DNA of 64,000 nt from an uncultured virus (IMG/VR IMGVR_UViG_2061766007_000649) (Duplodnaviria > Heunggongvirae > Uroviricota > Caudoviricetes > Crassvirales). Shown piece after piece: positions 17,485 to 28,750 of the stretch. The DNA is taken from IMG/VR virus record IMGVR_UViG_2061766007_000649; one strand, 5' to 3'. A model generated the notes under the pieces. The model was not told where the DNA came from and made no database searches. It worked only from the letters and a program-made list of their open reading frames with translations. Within the stretch, counting starts at the first letter, position 1, and each line of letters starts with the position of its first letter. Both the position numbers and the translations under genes were made by a program.

Positions 17485-17883
17485 ATGGCTGCTGGGGAGA
17501 ATAAAGCAAACAATGTTATAGGAATCCCCACCACTTTAGATAGATTCTTTAGATATTGGGTAGAGTTTTTAGAGCCTCTACATGGATTAACTGAAAGAGA
17601 AATTGATGTTATTACTGCATTCCTTAAAAAGAGATATGAATTAAGTAAAGACATTCTTGACCCAATAAAACTTGATAAGTACCTTATGAATGAGGAGACT
17701 AAAGCAGAGATTAGAGATGAATGTCATATTTCTCCTGCACATTTTCAAGTAATTATGGGTAAGCTAAGGAAGAGTAAGATCATTCTAAATGGTAATATCA
17801 ATCCTAGGTTTATACCTAATATTAAAAGTGATGGGGGTACTTTTCAGTTACTACTATACTTTCAGATAAAGAATGAAGTATAA
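17485..17883 (+). CDS. winged-helix DNA-binding protein
   Basis: LTEREIDV...IRDECHISPAHFQVIMGKLRKSKII...INP pattern. Confidence 0.65.
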   Translation: MAAGENKANNVIGIPTTLDRFFRYWVEFLEPLHGLTEREIDVITAFLKKRYELSKDILDPIKLDKYLMNEETKAEIRDECHISPAHFQVIMGKLRKSKIILNGNINPRFIPNIKSDGGTFQLLLYFQIKNEV

Positions 17884-18147
17884 AGATATCATAAAGAAAC
17901 TATCATCAGAAATGAATCTTGAGGAGGAAGTGGTGGATACGGCATATAAGTCATTCTTTGAATTTATAAGAGAGACCATATCTGCNNNNNNNNNNNNNNN
18001 NNNNNAACAGAAGAACAATTTAAAGAGTTAAAAACAAACTTTAATATACCTGCCCTAGGTAAATTACATTGTACCTATGAGAGGTATTTAAACAAGAAGA
18101 AACAGTATAAATATGGTAATAAAGAAAATAAAACCGCTGTACACTAG
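17873..18147 (+). CDS. HU/IHF-like DNA-binding protein
   Basis: MKYKDIIKKLSSEMNLEEEVVDTAYKSFFEFIRE...FNIPALGKL; spans gap. Confidence 0.6.
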
Positions 18148-18475
18148 GATTGTGACCACAATGGATATGTATCTTGAGGATACGGCAACACCTGGTGGCA
18201 TTATAGATGTTACTAAGTTAAAGCAGGGCATCAAAGAATATCAGAAGGTAATTGCAGTTGGTACCAGTGTCAGAACTGTTAAAGAAGGAGACCTGGTCTG
18301 CATTAATCCTGACAGATATGCTGTTAGAAAGTTCAGCAATGATTCTGTTAAAAATGATTTACTGGAGAACACTGTTACAAGATATAACTTCAATGTAGTA
18401 AAGCTTGAGGATAAAGATTACTTACTACTTGATGAAGCTGATGTTGAATTTGTTGTTGAGGATTGGGAAGATTAA
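18113..18475 (+). CDS. GroES-like co-chaperonin
   Basis: IKPLYTRIV, TPGGII, KVIAVG...VKEGDLV, DYLLLDEADV. Confidence 0.8.
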   Translation: MVIKKIKPLYTRIVTTMDMYLEDTATPGGIIDVTKLKQGIKEYQKVIAVGTSVRTVKEGDLVCINPDRYAVRKFSNDSVKNDLLENTVTRYNFNVVKLEDKDYLLLDEADVEFVVEDWED

Positions 18476-18477
18476 GC

Positions 18478-18510
18478 AAAAGGCTCAGCTAAATACTGAG
18501 CCTTTATTTT
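18478..18510 (+). terminator. intrinsic terminator
   Basis: AAAGGCTCAG-ctaaata-CTGAGCCTTT plus T-rich tail. Confidence 0.75.
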
Positions 18511-18517
18511 TTATATT

Positions 18518-18800
18518 ATGAAACTTAAATATATTGTAGACGCGCTTAATCACTACTTTCTTGAGAAATATCCTAATGCTAATGGATGGTTTATTGGCAA
18601 AGAATCTATAGAACCTACGAGATTAAATCTTTATAAAAAGTATAAAGTTGAAATTTTTTACCATGTTCCTGGTAAAAACCATTTGGNNNNNNNNNNNNNN
18701 NNNNNNNNNNNNNNNNNNNNNNNNNNNNNNNNNNNNNNNNNNNNNNNNNNNNNGGCTACTTACTGATATCTTTAGAAATTTAGCAGAATTTGAAAGTTAT
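18518..18800 (+). CDS. hypothetical protein (end uncertain, gap)
   Basis: MKLKYIVDALNHYF... Confidence 0.55.
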
Positions 18801-19318
18801 GAAGCTTTTTAAGTTAGAAGGGTATAATTTAACTATTTCTGAAGAAGCATATCTTCTCAAACCATTTAAGGAACTCTGGAAGAGGGATAAAACTAAAGGA
18901 AAAGAACGAGCGCTTCAAGAGCTGTGCTATATTTATATGATGGAAGATACTCGCTCTGACTATCAGATATATATAGACAGAGAGGAGAGAAGCAACCAGA
19001 TTAAACTTGGTGAAGGGTTACCAGAGGACTGGAAACCAGACAGAGCTGTAATTGCTGCACAGGAGTTCTACGCAAGCTTTAAGTCCGAATCTGCGCTTCT
19101 ACTAGAAGATATTAGAGCCGCTATAACAAAATTGAGAGAGTATATTAAGACAATTGACCTTAATGCTANNNNNNNNNNNNNNNNNNNNNNNNNNNNNNNN
19201 NNNNNNNNNNNNNNNNNNNNNNNNNNNNNNNNNNGAAAGGGCCATATCTAAGGAAGCACTTACTACTGATAAAGTTAGAGGATCTGTAGAAAAGGCAATG
19301 TTTGAAGATGATCTATAA
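18799..19318 (+). CDS. conserved pre-terminase protein (terminase small subunit candidate)
   Basis: MKLFKLEG...PFKELWKRDKTKGKERA...KVRGSVEKAMFEDDL*; position upstream of TerL. Confidence 0.6.
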
Positions 19319-19544
19319 GGAGTTTACACTTAAGATGCTTGAGGAGGCCCTTTCCGAAGTAGAGTTTGACGGCTTTCCCAAGTATCTTGGAAATGGGCTA
19401 TATCAAATGGCCCCAGGTTTTATTTGCGGAGAAAAATTTGCTAGACTTCTTGAAGAAACTATTAAAGAAGAGATAAAGAAAACAGCAGCAATAGATACTG
19501 AGAATTTATGGAAATTCCTACCAACAAATACCAAACCCAAATAA
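19308..19544 (+). CDS. small hypothetical protein overlapping both neighbours
   Basis: 78-aa ORF MIYKEFTLKMLEEAL... Confidence 0.5.
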   Translation: MIYKEFTLKMLEEALSEVEFDGFPKYLGNGLYQMAPGFICGEKFARLLEETIKEEIKKTAAIDTENLWKFLPTNTKPK

Positions 19545-21678
19545 ATGAAGAGCTATTAAGCGCTTATCCTGAGGAGGTTAGAGAGCAGCTATTTGATTTT
19601 ATCAACAGTGTTGATTTTATCAAATGGCTGATTTCTCCTGATAGGCCTTATGCAAAGGATTGTCCACATGATGAACAAGGAAGAGTAATTGTAGATTTGG
19701 CACATCCACATATAATTGAAGATGCTGATTACTTTAGACAACCAGCTCTTCATTTTATGAAACATGGGTGTTATACATTTTTAAGACCCAATAGCAATCC
19801 TCATTCAGAATATAGAAAGTTCTGGACTGAGGAGAAAAGGCGTTGTTATGAGGGCTATGTAAGAGAAAGTGATGGGGAATGGGTTACTGGCTTGNNNNNN
19901 NNNNNNNNNNNNNNNNNNNNNNNNNNNNNNNNNNNNNNATTGAGTCATTTCCTTTCTTTTTTGAGGGCATTTATTGGAGATACCACTATCTTAAGCAAGC
20001 TAAACTTGAGGGTAAACATGCTATAGAATTGGCAAAGCGTGGCTGTGCAAAGTCCTACGGTTTGTCCAGTATTATGACTCACAACCTAATTTTAGGAGAG
20101 GATGACCCAGACCCCAGAACCCACAGAAGAAGAACTACAGTACTTACTGCTTATGAGAAAGAGTATCTAAAGGATGATAAGGATGGTACTTTCTCAAAGT
20201 TTAAGCCTGCTTTGGGATTTATATTTACCCACACTCCCTTCCCTCACCTGATGCTCAAAAACTCTCCTAATGAAATGTCTTGGCAAATGGGCTATAAGAA
20301 TGAGTTAGGAGTAGACGACGGTTCTTTAAANNNNNNNNNNNNAAAAGATAACCCAGATAAGTTGAGAGGTAAGCGTGGTTGGGTATTATTTGAGGAGATG
20401 GGTTCTTTTAAGGGGCTTTTAGCTCTCTATGATTCTACAAGAAAGGGTGTTGAGGATGGTAATTATGCTTTTGCTACTATGTATCTGGTAGGTACGGCAG
20501 NNNNNNNNNNNNNNNNNNNNNNNNNNNNNNNNNNNNNNNNNGGTTACAATATTTACTCTATTAAGAATGTATTTGATAAGAAGGGTCAGGGTAAACCTGA
20601 GTTTGGATTCTTCTTTCCGGCCTATATAAACAGAGCAGGATGCTATAATAAAGACGGGATATCTGATGTTGTTAAGGCTCTTTTGGAGATTCTATTAGCA
20701 AGATATAAAGCTAAGTATTCTGCTGATCCTCAATCTGTTTTAAGAGTTATTGCTGAAGACCCCATTACTCCTGCAGAGGCCATTATAAAAGTTAGAGCAT
20801 CTTACTTCCCAACCTCTGCTCTGACAGAGCGACTTTCTCAATTAGATGAAGACCCTAAGGCATATAATGATGTCTATGTTGGCGATTTAGTGCTTAGAGA
20901 TGGGGAAGTTATATTTACTCCTACTGGAGACACTCCTATTCACAAGTATGGAGTAGAGAACTCCACAAGAGGTGCTATTGAGATATTTGAGATGCCAGAA
21001 AGGAATAGAGAGGGAAAGGTATATAACAATAGGTATATTATAGGGCATGACCCCGTTGATAATGACCAAGCAAACTCTTCTTCCTTAAGTTCTACCTTTG
21101 TGTTTGATTTATTCACAGATAAAATAGTTGCAGAGTATACCGGAAGACAGCCCTTTGCTGATGATAACTATGAGATAGTCAGGAAGTTATGTCTGTTCTA
21201 CAATGCAAGATGTTTATTTGAATCCAATAAGAAGGGTATATTTGCCTATTTTAGTAAGATGAACTGTACTCATCTTCTGGCAGAAACTCCAGAATACCTT
21301 AGAGAGAAACAATTGGTTAAGTATAGCGCTTTTGGAAGTAACAGGTACGGTGTAAATGCAAATGCAGTAATTAATGACTATGCCAATAGTTTGCTAAGGG
21401 ACTGGCTGNNNNNNNNNNNNNNNNNNNNNNNNNNNNNNNNNNNNNNNNNNNNNNNNNNNNNNNNNNNNNNNNNNNNNGAAGAGCTGATTACTTATACTCC
21501 AGAGCTCAATGTGGACCGCATTAGAGCTATGGGTATGGTTATGCTGTATAGACAAGAGAAGATTATTCTATATCAAGGTAATCCTAGTGCAGATAGAGAG
21601 GATGAAGCAGATGCTAGTTACTTGGGTAATGATGACTTTTTCAAGAAGAACTTTGATAAGAGATTTAACAAAAGCTAA
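19508..21678 (+). CDS. terL: terminase large subunit
   Basis: Walker A-like AKRGCAKS, LRGKRG-WVLFEEMG Walker B, nuclease YIIGHDPVD, FESN, NVDRIRA; frame change only at gap 19895-19938. Confidence 0.92.
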
Positions 21679-21706
21679 GATTACTCTTAATTTTTTATTT
21701 ATTCTC

Positions 21707-21739
21707 TTGGAATACCATAAAAGATTTTATACATTTGCA
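21707..21739 (+). promoter_or_regulatory. Bacteroidota sigma-A-type promoter
   Basis: TTG (21707), N20, TACATTTGCA (21730). Confidence 0.7.
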
Positions 21740-21759
21740 CCAAATTTAAATGGTATTAT

Positions 21760-24158
21760 ATGAAGGATAATTATATAGGATTCCCCCAACAACAACTTCC
21801 CCTCACAAGTAAGGGCAAGAAATGGAGAAAAGCATGTGTTGATTGGGGAACTGACCAAGCTACTATCACATATAGTCCAGTAAGAAAGTCATTAATTCAT
21901 AAGAAGATTAACTATGATTTGTTAAATGGCATTCTTCATATGCAGGACCTGGAGGCAGTGATAAATCCTAACCGTATTGAGGCTGGGTTTATTCCTGATA
22001 GAATCCAGCATTATCCTATTATGAATGCCAAATTAAATATTCTTAGAGGCGAAGAGTCTAAAAGAGTATTTGATTTTAAAGTTATAGTTACTAACCCTAA
22101 TGCTATTTCTGAAATTGAGGAGCAAAAGAAGCAGGAAGTCTTTGCCAGACTTCAGCAAACTATTATGGAAAGTGCTCAGTCTCAGGAAGAGCTTGAACAG
22201 AAGATTCAGAAATTGGGGCAATATTATACATATGAATATCAGGACATCCGTGAAATTAGAGGCAATGCTGTTTTACAGCACTACATGAAGGAATATAATA
22301 TTCCTTTTATGTTCAATCAGGGCTTCATGGATGCTATGGCTGTTGGAGANNNNNNNNNNNNNNNNNNNNNNNNNNNNNNNNNNNNGTAGAGAGGTTAAAT
22401 CCTTTAAAGGTAAGAGTGTTCAAATCTGGATACTCCAATAGAATAGAAGACGCTGATATGATTATTCTCGAAGACTACTGGTCTCCGGGAAGAATTATTG
22501 ATACCTATTATGATGTTCTGACCACCAAGGATGTTAAGTACATAGAGAATATTCCTTTTGCCAATGATGCATCTGATACAGACTCTATGGATAATATTGA
22601 TGAAAGAAGAGGCTTCATAAATATGCACATGATTGGTGATGTGTTTGAAAGCCAGCCCTTTGATCCAAATTATCTATTTGCTGCTAGCGATGAGGCGGAT
22701 GATTTACTCCCGTATGACCTCGCTGGTAACATTAGAGTTTGCAGAGTGTTTTGGAAATCAAGAAGAAAGATTAAAGAAATTAAATCTTATGATTTTCAAA
22801 CAGGTGAAGAGGTCTTCAATTTCTACCCTGAAACCTACATTCCTAAAGAGGAATTAGGAGAGGAGGAGAAAGTGTTTTGGATAAACGAAGCTTGGGAAGG
22901 TACAAAGATTGGCGAGGAGGTTTATGTCAATATGAGGCCCAGACCAGTCCAGTACAACAGACTTTCCAATCCTTCAAAGTGTCATTTTGGTATTATTGGT
23001 TCCATCTATAATCTCAATGATGACAGGCCATTCTCTATGGTTGATATGATGAAGCAGTACAATTATTTGTATGATGCTATTCATGACAGACTTAATAAAT
23101 TAATGGCCAGAAACTGGGGCAAGATAGTAAGGCTAGACCTTGCTAGAGTTCCTAAGGGTTGGACAGTTGAAAAGTGGATGTACTATGGGGAGACTATGGG
23201 TCTTGCCGTTGAGGACTCCTTTAAGGAAGGCAACATTGGTGCTGCCACTGGTAAGATTGCTGGTGCTCTTAATAATAATTCTACTGGAGTAATTGATGCT
23301 GAGCTAGGTAATTCTATTCAGCAGAACATCAATCTGCTTGAATTTATCAAGATGGAAATGTCTGAAGTTGTGGGTATTACCAAGCAGAGAGAGGGCCAAA
23401 TTGCTAATAGAGAAACTGTTGGTGGCGTTGAAAGGGCTACTCTACAATCTTCACATATTACTGAGTGGGTATTTACCATCCATGAAGACCTGAAGAGAAG
23501 AGTTCTTGAGTGCTTACTTGAAACTGCTAAGATTGCTTTTAGAGGTAGGAGTAAGAAATTCCAATATATCTTGCCAGACTTTACTCAAACTATTATAGAT
23601 ATAGATGGTGATGAGTTTGCTGAATGTGACTACGGTTTGGTGGTTGATAACAGTGCTCCTACTCAGGATTTAAGTAATAAAATTGATATGCTTGCTCAGG
23701 CAGCTCTTCAAAATCAGACGCTTTCATTCTCTACTATTATGAGACTTTACAGTTCAGCATCTCTTGCAGAAAAGCAGAGAATGGTTGAAAGAGATGAGAA
23801 TGAAATGAGAGAAAGGGCTCAGCAGGCACAGCAGGAGCAATTGCAAGCCAAGCAACAACAGGCACAAATGGAGATGCAGGCAAAGCAGGAAGAGATACAA
23901 ATGAAAGACCAGCTTAACATGAGAGACAATGAAACTAAGATTCTTGTTGCTACCATTTCTGCAAAGAATAATGAAGATGATGGTATTCAAGAACCAGAGT
24001 ACTCTCAGGAAGCTAAAGATAAATTAATGGAATCAATGCGGCAGTTTGATGCCAGACTTAGATTGGATAGGGACAGACTTGAGTTTGATAAAAAGAAGGC
24101 TGCCACAGATGCCAGACTAAAAGAAAAACAAATTAACAAAAAGACGATTAGTAAATAA
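21760..24158 (+). CDS. portal protein
   Basis: about 800 aa across gap; HYPIMNAKLNILRGEESKR, WINEAWEGTKIG, GITKQREGQI; follows TerL as in Crassvirales. Confidence 0.9.
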
Positions 24159-24502
24159 TGGAACACTTTTGGGAAATAATTGGTTATCTTGGAACTGCTT
24201 TTGCTGGAACCTTCTTTGGATGGCTCTTTAGCAGAAAGAAAGAAAAGGTTGAATTAGAGGGAACTAAAGTACAGAACTTCGATGCTGCACTTGATGCATA
24301 TAAGAAGATGTATGAGGATATGATTGGTGATTTAAAAGAGCAGGTGGAAGACCTTAAAACTGAGAACAATGGTTTAAAGGAAGAACTCTCTGAAACTCGC
24401 AAACAAATCATAACTCTCACCAACTTTGTTCTGGCCAGTGCCATGCAGGGGCAAAAGCCTGATGTAAATAACCTAGATGCATTAAAAGAAATCATTAAAT
24501 AA
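24158..24502 (+). CDS. TM plus coiled-coil protein (holin-like)
   Basis: N-terminal TM then heptads. Confidence 0.65.
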   Translation: MEHFWEIIGYLGTAFAGTFFGWLFSRKKEKVELEGTKVQNFDAALDAYKKMYEDMIGDLKEQVEDLKTENNGLKEELSETRKQIITLTNFVLASAMQGQKPDVNNLDALKEIIK

Positions 24503-24510
24503 TTAATAAA

Positions 24511-24888
24511 ATGAGAAAGCAAATTGAATTGAAAATTGAGGTTGGTGATGCCAACTATGTTAAGCCCGGTGAATACTTTGCTCAGTTAGACGCCAACAAT
24601 CAGCTTACTGCCATCAAGCGCAGAAATGATGACCTTACTCTAACAGATATTGTTGACACCCCAGTTGCTGTTGAGACGAACAAGGAGGTTACTATTACCA
24701 CAAGTCCCGCCACTGTCAATCCTACTTCTGGTAAAGACGCTATGGCTAAGGCTACTGTGACTGTTGCTACTGAAACTAAAAACCAAGAAGTTTCTATTGC
24801 ATCTCTAACTGCAGGTGACACTCTTGAAATTACTCCTTCTTCAAACAAGGTTGGTCTTACAAAGGTTACAATTAGCTTTACTGAGTAA
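24511..24888 (+). CDS. putative structural/fibre protein
   Basis: Thr/Val-rich, internal repeat VNPTSGKDAMAKATVT / ITPSSNKVGLTKVTIS. Confidence 0.65.
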   Translation: MRKQIELKIEVGDANYVKPGEYFAQLDANNQLTAIKRRNDDLTLTDIVDTPVAVETNKEVTITTSPATVNPTSGKDAMAKATVTVATETKNQEVSIASLTAGDTLEITPSSNKVGLTKVTISFTE

Positions 24889-25013
24889 TGGCTGAAAAGA
24901 AAAGAAAAGTTAAAACTGGGGGAAGACCCAAACCTTTAGCACATCCTCCGGGATTAACTAGAAGTAGGAGGAGATATGGATGCGGAGGAGGTCTCACGAA
25001 AAAGACTGCATAA
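24888..25013 (+). CDS. small basic peptide (41 aa) with YGCGG motif
   Basis: MAEKKRKVKTGGRPKPLAHPPGLTRSRRRYGCGGGLTKKTA*; TAATG coupling. Confidence 0.55.
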   Translation: MAEKKRKVKTGGRPKPLAHPPGLTRSRRRYGCGGGLTKKTA

Positions 25014-25362
25014 AGTGACTATTGGCAGCTTAAAGATAATCCCTATGTTGCTAGCTGCAATNNNNNNNNNNNNNNNNNNNNNNNNNNNNNNNNNNNNNNN
25101 NNNNNNNNNNNNNNNNNNNNNNNNNNNNNTGGCATTCTTATACTTAGCCAGTTATTGTTTTAGATTCTGTAGTTACCACAGGATGTTTCTACATTATATA
25201 GTAGTCTGTAATATTTTAACTGCATATGATTACTATGTGGGAATACCGATTTCTGGGGTAGTCCTGTTGCTCATTAATTTAATTATAGCCGGAGCATTCT
25301 TGTTTATAATTTTATATTTACACCAAAAACATGTTAGAGGCCATAAAGAGTCAGTTGCTTAG
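24976..25362 (+). CDS. multi-pass membrane protein
   Basis: about four hydrophobic segments; FRFCSYHRMFLHYI. Confidence 0.75.
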   Translation: MDAEEVSRKRLHKVTIGSLKIIPMLLAAXXXXXXXXXXXXXXXXXXXXXXXXAFLYLASYCFRFCSYHRMFLHYIVVCNILTAYDYYVGIPISGVVLLLINLIIAGAFLFIILYLHQKHVRGHKESVA

Positions 25363-25630
25363 AATAATTGATGATATTGATTGTGGCAACAGTAATATTT
25401 CAGAAGAAGAAGCGCTGGAACTTGCTGGAGTATTAAAGAAATATACCAGAAAGGATGTGCCCCTAAGTAAATATCAAGCATATACCTACTTAAATATAAG
25501 CAGGGCTACATTTGATAATTTGGTTAGAGACGGAAGCCTGCCCAGAGGTAAAAAGATAGCAGGTTTTAAAGAGTTGGTGTGGTACAAGAAAGATTTAAAT
25601 AAGTATATTAAAAATGGAAGAGCTACTTAG
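25331..25630 (+). CDS. excisionase/MerR-like HTH protein
   Basis: LSKYQAYTYLNISRATFDNLVRDGSLPRG...WYKKDL. Confidence 0.8.
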   Translation: MLEAIKSQLLRIIDDIDCGNSNISEEEALELAGVLKKYTRKDVPLSKYQAYTYLNISRATFDNLVRDGSLPRGKKIAGFKELVWYKKDLNKYIKNGRAT

Positions 25631-25757
25631 ACTTACTAGGGAAAATAATGCAATGCTAAAACAACTACTGGCATATATAGCAAATAGGGATAACAGTTCC
25701 TCAGTTAGGGACTTTATGATAAACTATTTTGCTAACAAGGCTGCTGATATATATTAA
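25614..25757 (+). CDS. small hypothetical protein
   Basis: MEELLRLTRENNAMLKQLL...ADIY*. Confidence 0.5.
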   Translation: MEELLRLTRENNAMLKQLLAYIANRDNSSSVRDFMINYFANKAADIY

Positions 25758-25779
25758 ATTAANNNNNNNNNNNNNNNNN

Positions 25780-26070
25780 NNNNNNNNNNNNNNNNNNNNN
25801 NTAGGCAGTGACCTAAAATTTAAAATTGAAATTACAGCATCTGGCTTTGATCAGGCCACTGATGATTATACTATAGATTTATACTGTGGTAATAAAAAGA
25901 TTGCCTATACAAGGGCAGACATAGTAGAGCAAGATGGTAATTATTATCTTCTTGTTGACACTTCTCTTCTGAGACCAGGAACTATGAAGCTGGTGATTAC
26001 TGCAATGGTTCCAGATGACACCTTTGAGTCAGGAGTTAGAAGAGAGATAGAGNNNNNNNNNNNNNATTAA
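25780..26070 (+). CDS. beta-sandwich structural protein (start in gap)
   Basis: GSDLKFKIEITASGF...VPDDTFESGVRREI. Confidence 0.6.
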   Translation, partial: XXXXXXXXGSDLKFKIEITASGFDQATDDYTIDLYCGNKKIAYTRADIVEQDGNYYLLVDTSLLRPGTMKLVITAMVPDDTFESGVRREIEXXXXX

Positions 26071-26390
26071 TGGGATGTCTTACTGCTGCAATTTATACTG
26101 CGTTCCTATATGATATTGACAGCAGTATAGAAAATGAAAATGTTAAGGTAGAGGTAGATACTTACAACTATTCAAGTATACCAGAGGNNNNNNNNNNNNN
26201 TGAGGTTCAATTAGATAACTTTAACCTAACCCCTACTACTTCAACCCTTTATATTGCTCAAACCTTAGATGTTCAAGTAAGCTTAGTCTGCTCTACTTCA
26301 ACAGGAGAATATGAACTTCTAAGTGTTACTGAGGGCAACATTATTACCATAGATGGACAATATATTAGAGTTTTGAGAAATGGCATATAA
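26070..26390 (+). CDS. hypothetical structural protein
   Basis: ORF coupled to both neighbours. Confidence 0.6.
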   Translation: MGCLTAAIYTAFLYDIDSSIENENVKVEVDTYNYSSIPEXXXXXEVQLDNFNLTPTTSTLYIAQTLDVQVSLVCSTSTGEYELLSVTEGNIITIDGQYIRVLRNGI

Positions 26391-26858
26391 TTTAAATAGA
26401 ACTGGAGATAATGTTGCAGAACTACTAGAACAGGTAGAAAATAAAACTATATACAGTAATGCTACTGAGGAAACTTCAGGACTTTTATCTGCAGAAGACA
26501 AGGCAAAGCTTGATTCTTTAACAAAAGTAGAATATGCTACAACAGCCTTTTGGAATAGCTGTAGAGGATTCATTCCTGAGAGAGGACAAATTATAGTCTA
26601 TTCAGATTATAAAACCATTCAAGTTGAGGGAGAGACTAAATTAGTTCCAGGAATTAAAATAGGCTCTGGCAATGGCTATGTGCAAGATTTAACATTTGTT
26701 ACAGACAGTCTGGCCAAAGACTTGTTAGCCCACATTAATGATGATGATAAACACGTCTCTTATACAGAGAGANNNNNNNNNNNNNNNNNNNNNNNNNNNN
26801 NNNNNNNNATGATTTCCAAGAGGTTATAGGAGAAACTCTAGTATTCAATAGAAATTAA
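26380..26858 (+). CDS. fibre protein (ATxxxSGLLSAEDKAKLD repeat, KIGxG domain)
   Basis: phage fibre motifs; C-terminus read across gap to TAA 26858. Confidence 0.7.
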
Positions 26859-26870
26859 TTATAATAAAAT

Positions 26871-27648
26871 ATGGCTGATATTAGCAAAATTACATTACCT
26901 TCAGGTAATACTTATGATATCAAAGACGCAGTTGCCAGACAAGCAATTGCTGGTGGGGTCTCCTTTATTGTGGCTTGNNNNNNNNNNNNNNNNNNNNNNN
27001 NNNNNNNNNNNNNNNNNNNNGTATACTGGCACTATGTCTGCAGAATTATCTGAACCTGGAGCATTCTACCTTGTGAATTCTTCTACAGAGACTCAAGATA
27101 TATATTCAGAATATGTAGCAATAGGAGATACTGGAAGCAAGTCTTGGGAGAAACTGGGCGATACTAAAGCCAATTTCAATGTTACCTTGAATAAAGGTGC
27201 TGGTGACCAAGTACTTGGAGAGGGAACTTCATTTACAGCAGCTGACTCTTCTGTTACATTTGCTGGAGGTTCCACAGACACTTTTGTTAAATCTTATCCG
27301 GGGGCCACTAGTAAACTGGTTACTACTACTGTTCCTAATGTTACTGCTGCTGGTTCTGCTTCTTCTTGGGCATTTTCTATGGGTACAGGCACTGACTCCG
27401 AAACCCTTATAATCTCTGGTGCCAATGGTTCTGCCCCAACTCTAGGGAGTGCGATTACTTGTGCAACTGGTGCTCTTGCCAATAATGGTGACGGATCCTC
27501 TGTTATGACAGGATTAGGAACTGCAAGTACTGGTTCTGCTATCACAAATGTTGGCACTGCTACAGCTGCTGCACAAACTATTACTGTTGGTACTGAGGAT
27601 AAGGTCAAGATTGCTAAGTATGATGACCTGTCTATAAGCACTTCTTAA
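26871..27648 (+). CDS. Thr/Ser/Gly/Ala-rich fibre protein
   Basis: MADISKITLPSGNTYDIKDAVAR...YSEY...WEKLG; frame change at gap. Confidence 0.75.
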
Positions 27649-27658
27649 ATAGATAATT

Positions 27659-28615
27659 ATGGCTATTAAGAAAATAAAACTTCCAGATAATACTACTGAG
27701 GATATAAATGACCCAAGATTGCCTGCTGTAACGACTACAGATAATGGAAAGCTGCTGGGAGTAGATGGAGGCATCTGGTCCAAAGTTAATAAGCCAAGCT
27801 ATACGCTGGACGATGTGGCAGATGGAAGCACGAGGAAGTTGGCGAATTATCTGCCGTTGACAGGCGGGACAATCTCCAACGCAAACTACGGGCAGATATT
27901 GACCGTTTACCGCAATTCTTCGTCTGGGGATAGCACGATTACATTTCAGAATTCCGCATCTGTCCTCGGCTATATAGGGGTTACGAGTGGTGGTGCTCCT
28001 TGCTTCCGGGATACGAGCGCAACCACACATACCATCTACCACTCCGGTAACTCAAATTTATCAACTGTTGATTGGGCGGCAAAGACCTTGACTTTGGCGC
28101 TTAGCGCACTGAGCCCGAAATATTGTACAAACGGAGCCTATGGCCTTGCGAAGGGAAGCACAATATCTGGCGGTATGACTGATAATGATGGTTGTCTATA
28201 TTATCCTGGTCAACTTTTAAGAACATACGCCACGACGTATGATGTTCAAGGCAACATAACTGCATCAGGTACAATCACGCCCGGTTCTGACACCCGAATC
28301 AAAGACAATCAAGAGGAGATAGCATCAGACCACGCATTTGAAATTCTCGAAAATCTCAACCCGAAGTCTTGGACTTGGAACGAAGATGCGGGAGAGAATC
28401 TTGTTGGTAAGAAAGCCGCAGGTTTGGTTGCGCAAGAAGTTAAAGAGGTCCTCCCCGAGGCAGTCAATATCTCTAAGACAGACAAGTTCGAAGACTTCCA
28501 TTCGCTGAACTACAATACTATCCAGGGCTATGAGATTGCGGCTATTAAAGGTTTAATTGAAGAAGTTAAATCCCTTAAAGCTGAAATAGCAGAACTTAAG
28601 AAACAAATCAAATAA
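27659..28615 (+). CDS. tail fibre with C-terminal intramolecular chaperone (peptidase S74)
   Basis: YLPLTGGT; SDTRIKDN...GLVAQEVKEVLPEAV...SLNY...AIK plus terminal coiled coil. Confidence 0.85.
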   Translation: MAIKKIKLPDNTTEDINDPRLPAVTTTDNGKLLGVDGGIWSKVNKPSYTLDDVADGSTRKLANYLPLTGGTISNANYGQILTVYRNSSSGDSTITFQNSASVLGYIGVTSGGAPCFRDTSATTHTIYHSGNSNLSTVDWAAKTLTLALSALSPKYCTNGAYGLAKGSTISGGMTDNDGCLYYPGQLLRTYATTYDVQGNITASGTITPGSDTRIKDNQEEIASDHAFEILENLNPKSWTWNEDAGENLVGKKAAGLVAQEVKEVLPEAVNISKTDKFEDFHSLNYNTIQGYEIAAIKGLIEEVKSLKAEIAELKKQIK

Positions 28616-28637
28616 ACTTAAACAAGTTACTAATAAA

Positions 28638-28672
28638 AAGTCTCTCACAGAGCAATCTGTGGGGGGCTTTAG
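28638..28672 (+). terminator. intrinsic terminator
   Basis: AAGTCTCTCACAGA-gcaa-TCTGTGGGGGGCTTT with G-U pairs. Confidence 0.7.
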
Positions 28673-28750
28673 TATTATTGTTTTTAGCATAATAATTTAC
28701 ATNNNNNNNNNNNNNNNNNNNNNNNNNNNNNNNNNNNNNNNNNNAAAATT

